From an uncultured Gammaproteobacteria bacterium (GTDB lineage: Bacteria > Pseudomonadota > Gammaproteobacteria > UBA9214): a stretch of 64,000 nt of DNA. The stretch is from the NCBI GenBank assembly GCA_963748215.1, contig CAVVHS010000004.1, positions 1 to 64,000 on the forward strand, read 5' to 3'. The notes beneath the pieces are model-generated. The model was given only the letters and a program-made list of their open reading frames with translations. It was not told the DNA's origin and did no database searches. Made by a program: the position numbers and the translations under genes. This document shows, piece after piece, positions 62,904 to 64,000 of the stretch. Each line of letters begins with the position of its first letter. Position 1 is the stretch's first letter.

Positions 62904-64000
62904 ATGGACAGACCGACCACCACCCGAGAGCTGTACACGCGCCTGCTGCGCTACGTCGTGCCGTACTGGAAGGTATTTCTGCTGGCGATCGTCAGCATCA
63001 TGGTACTGGCCGCCACCGAACCGGCCATCCCGGCGCTGATGAAACCGCTGCTGGACGGCAGCTTTATCAAAAAGGATCCGGACACCATACGGCTCATGCC
63101 GGTCCTGCTGATCCTGCTGTTCCTGGTGCGTGGTGTTTCCAACTACATCAGCTCGGTCTCGCTCAGCTGGGTGTCCGGCAAGGTGATCAAGGACCTGCGC
63201 ACGGATATGTTCAGCCGGCTGCTGACACTGCCCAGCCGCTTCTACGACGACAACCCGACCGGCACGCTGATTTCGAAGATCACCTTCAACGTGGAACAGG
63301 TCGCGGCTGCTGCCAGCGAGTCGCTGCTGATCATGGTGCGCGATACCCTGTCGGTGATCGGGCTGCTGGCCCTGATGGCCTGGATCAACTGGCAGCTGTC
63401 GGTGATCTTTTTCGTCGTGGCGCCCGCCATCGGCATTGTGGTGAAACTGATGAGCGGCCGCCTGCGCCGGCTCAGCACCTTCCTGCAGCAGTCCATGGGC
63501 GATATGACCAATGTCGTCGAAGAGGCGATCAAGGGCAATCGTGTGGTCAAGCTGTTCGGCGGCCAGGACTACGAAAACAAACGCTTCGATACCATCACCA
63601 ACCGCGTGCGCCACATGAATCTGAAGATCATCGCAACCTCGGCCGCCAATGTTCCCGCCGTGCAGATGATCGCGGTCATCGCACTGGCCATCATGATCTA
63701 CATCGCGTCGTCACAGACCCTGGAGAACGAATTCACGGTAGGCAGTTTCATCTCGTTCTTCGGCGCCATGGGGCTGCTGTTTTCGCCCATCAAGCGCCTG
63801 ACCAAGGTCAACGAGCAGCTGCAGCGCGGCATGGCGGCATCGCAGTCCATCTTCGAGTTGCTGGAACAGCCGCCGGAACCGGAGACCGGTAACCTGCGCA
63901 TGCCCGCTATCCGGGGCGCCCTCTCGTTCCGCCACGTCAGCCTGCGCTACGACACCGACAAGATCGCGGCACTGGACGATGTCAGCCTGGACATCGAACC
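62904..64000 (+). CDS. msbA: Lipid A flippase MsbA (runs off the window end, so absent from the ORF track)
   Basis: MDRPTTTRELYTRLLRYVVPYW..., MKPLLDGSF, VVKLFGGQDYE, PIKRLTKVN..LQRGMAA. Confidence 0.92.
   Translation, partial: MDRPTTTRELYTRLLRYVVPYWKVFLLAIVSIMVLAATEPAIPALMKPLLDGSFIKKDPDTIRLMPVLLILLFLVRGVSNYISSVSLSWVSGKVIKDLRTDMFSRLLTLPSRFYDDNPTGTLISKITFNVEQVAAAASESLLIMVRDTLSVIGLLALMAWINWQLSVIFFVVAPAIGIVVKLMSGRLRRLSTFLQQSMGDMTNVVEEAIKGNRVVKLFGGQDYENKRFDTITNRVRHMNLKIIATSAANVPAVQMIAVIALAIMIYIASSQTLENEFTVGSFISFFGAMGLLFSPIKRLTKVNEQLQRGMAASQSIFELLEQPPEPETGNLRMPAIRGALSFRHVSLRYDTDKIAALDDVSLDIE

Noticed and set aside
62795-63892. 365-aa ORF on the + strand
   Set aside because: Wrong frame; msbA starts at 62904 in another frame

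Overview
GC-rich gammaproteobacterial chromosome segment. The PPi-PFK/H+-PPase pair suggests a chemolithoautotroph or methylotroph (inference). Four blocks: (1) 0.1-26.7 kb, a rearranged exosortase A (XrtA)/PEP-CTERM exopolysaccharide locus with prsK-prsR-xrtA-prsT, three sorted surface proteins, sigma-54 promoters and upstream TGT-N11-ACA boxes. (2) 27-40 kb, housekeeping genes: adk with a histone-like tail, pfp-hppA, an orphan MotA/MotB-like pair, and thiC with a TPP riboswitch. (3) 40-46 kb, pcm-rhodanese-tolC, hemerythrin, waaA and lpxL. (4) 46-64 kb, LPS core/O-antigen genes ending in msbA. Best leads: a FemAB-like transferase fused to a full seryl-tRNA synthetase N-terminal tRNA-binding arm (possible Ser-tRNA-dependent EPS decoration); an unannotated ~280-nt structured intergenic RNA candidate upstream of msbA; and composite intergenic cassettes built from at least six repeat families, including 33-bp CACGGAA inverted repeats enclosing unique spacers. 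Eight single-base frameshifts between 31 and 61 kb are all +1 and are probably long-read consensus errors. All family calls come from visual motif recognition; no database searches were run.
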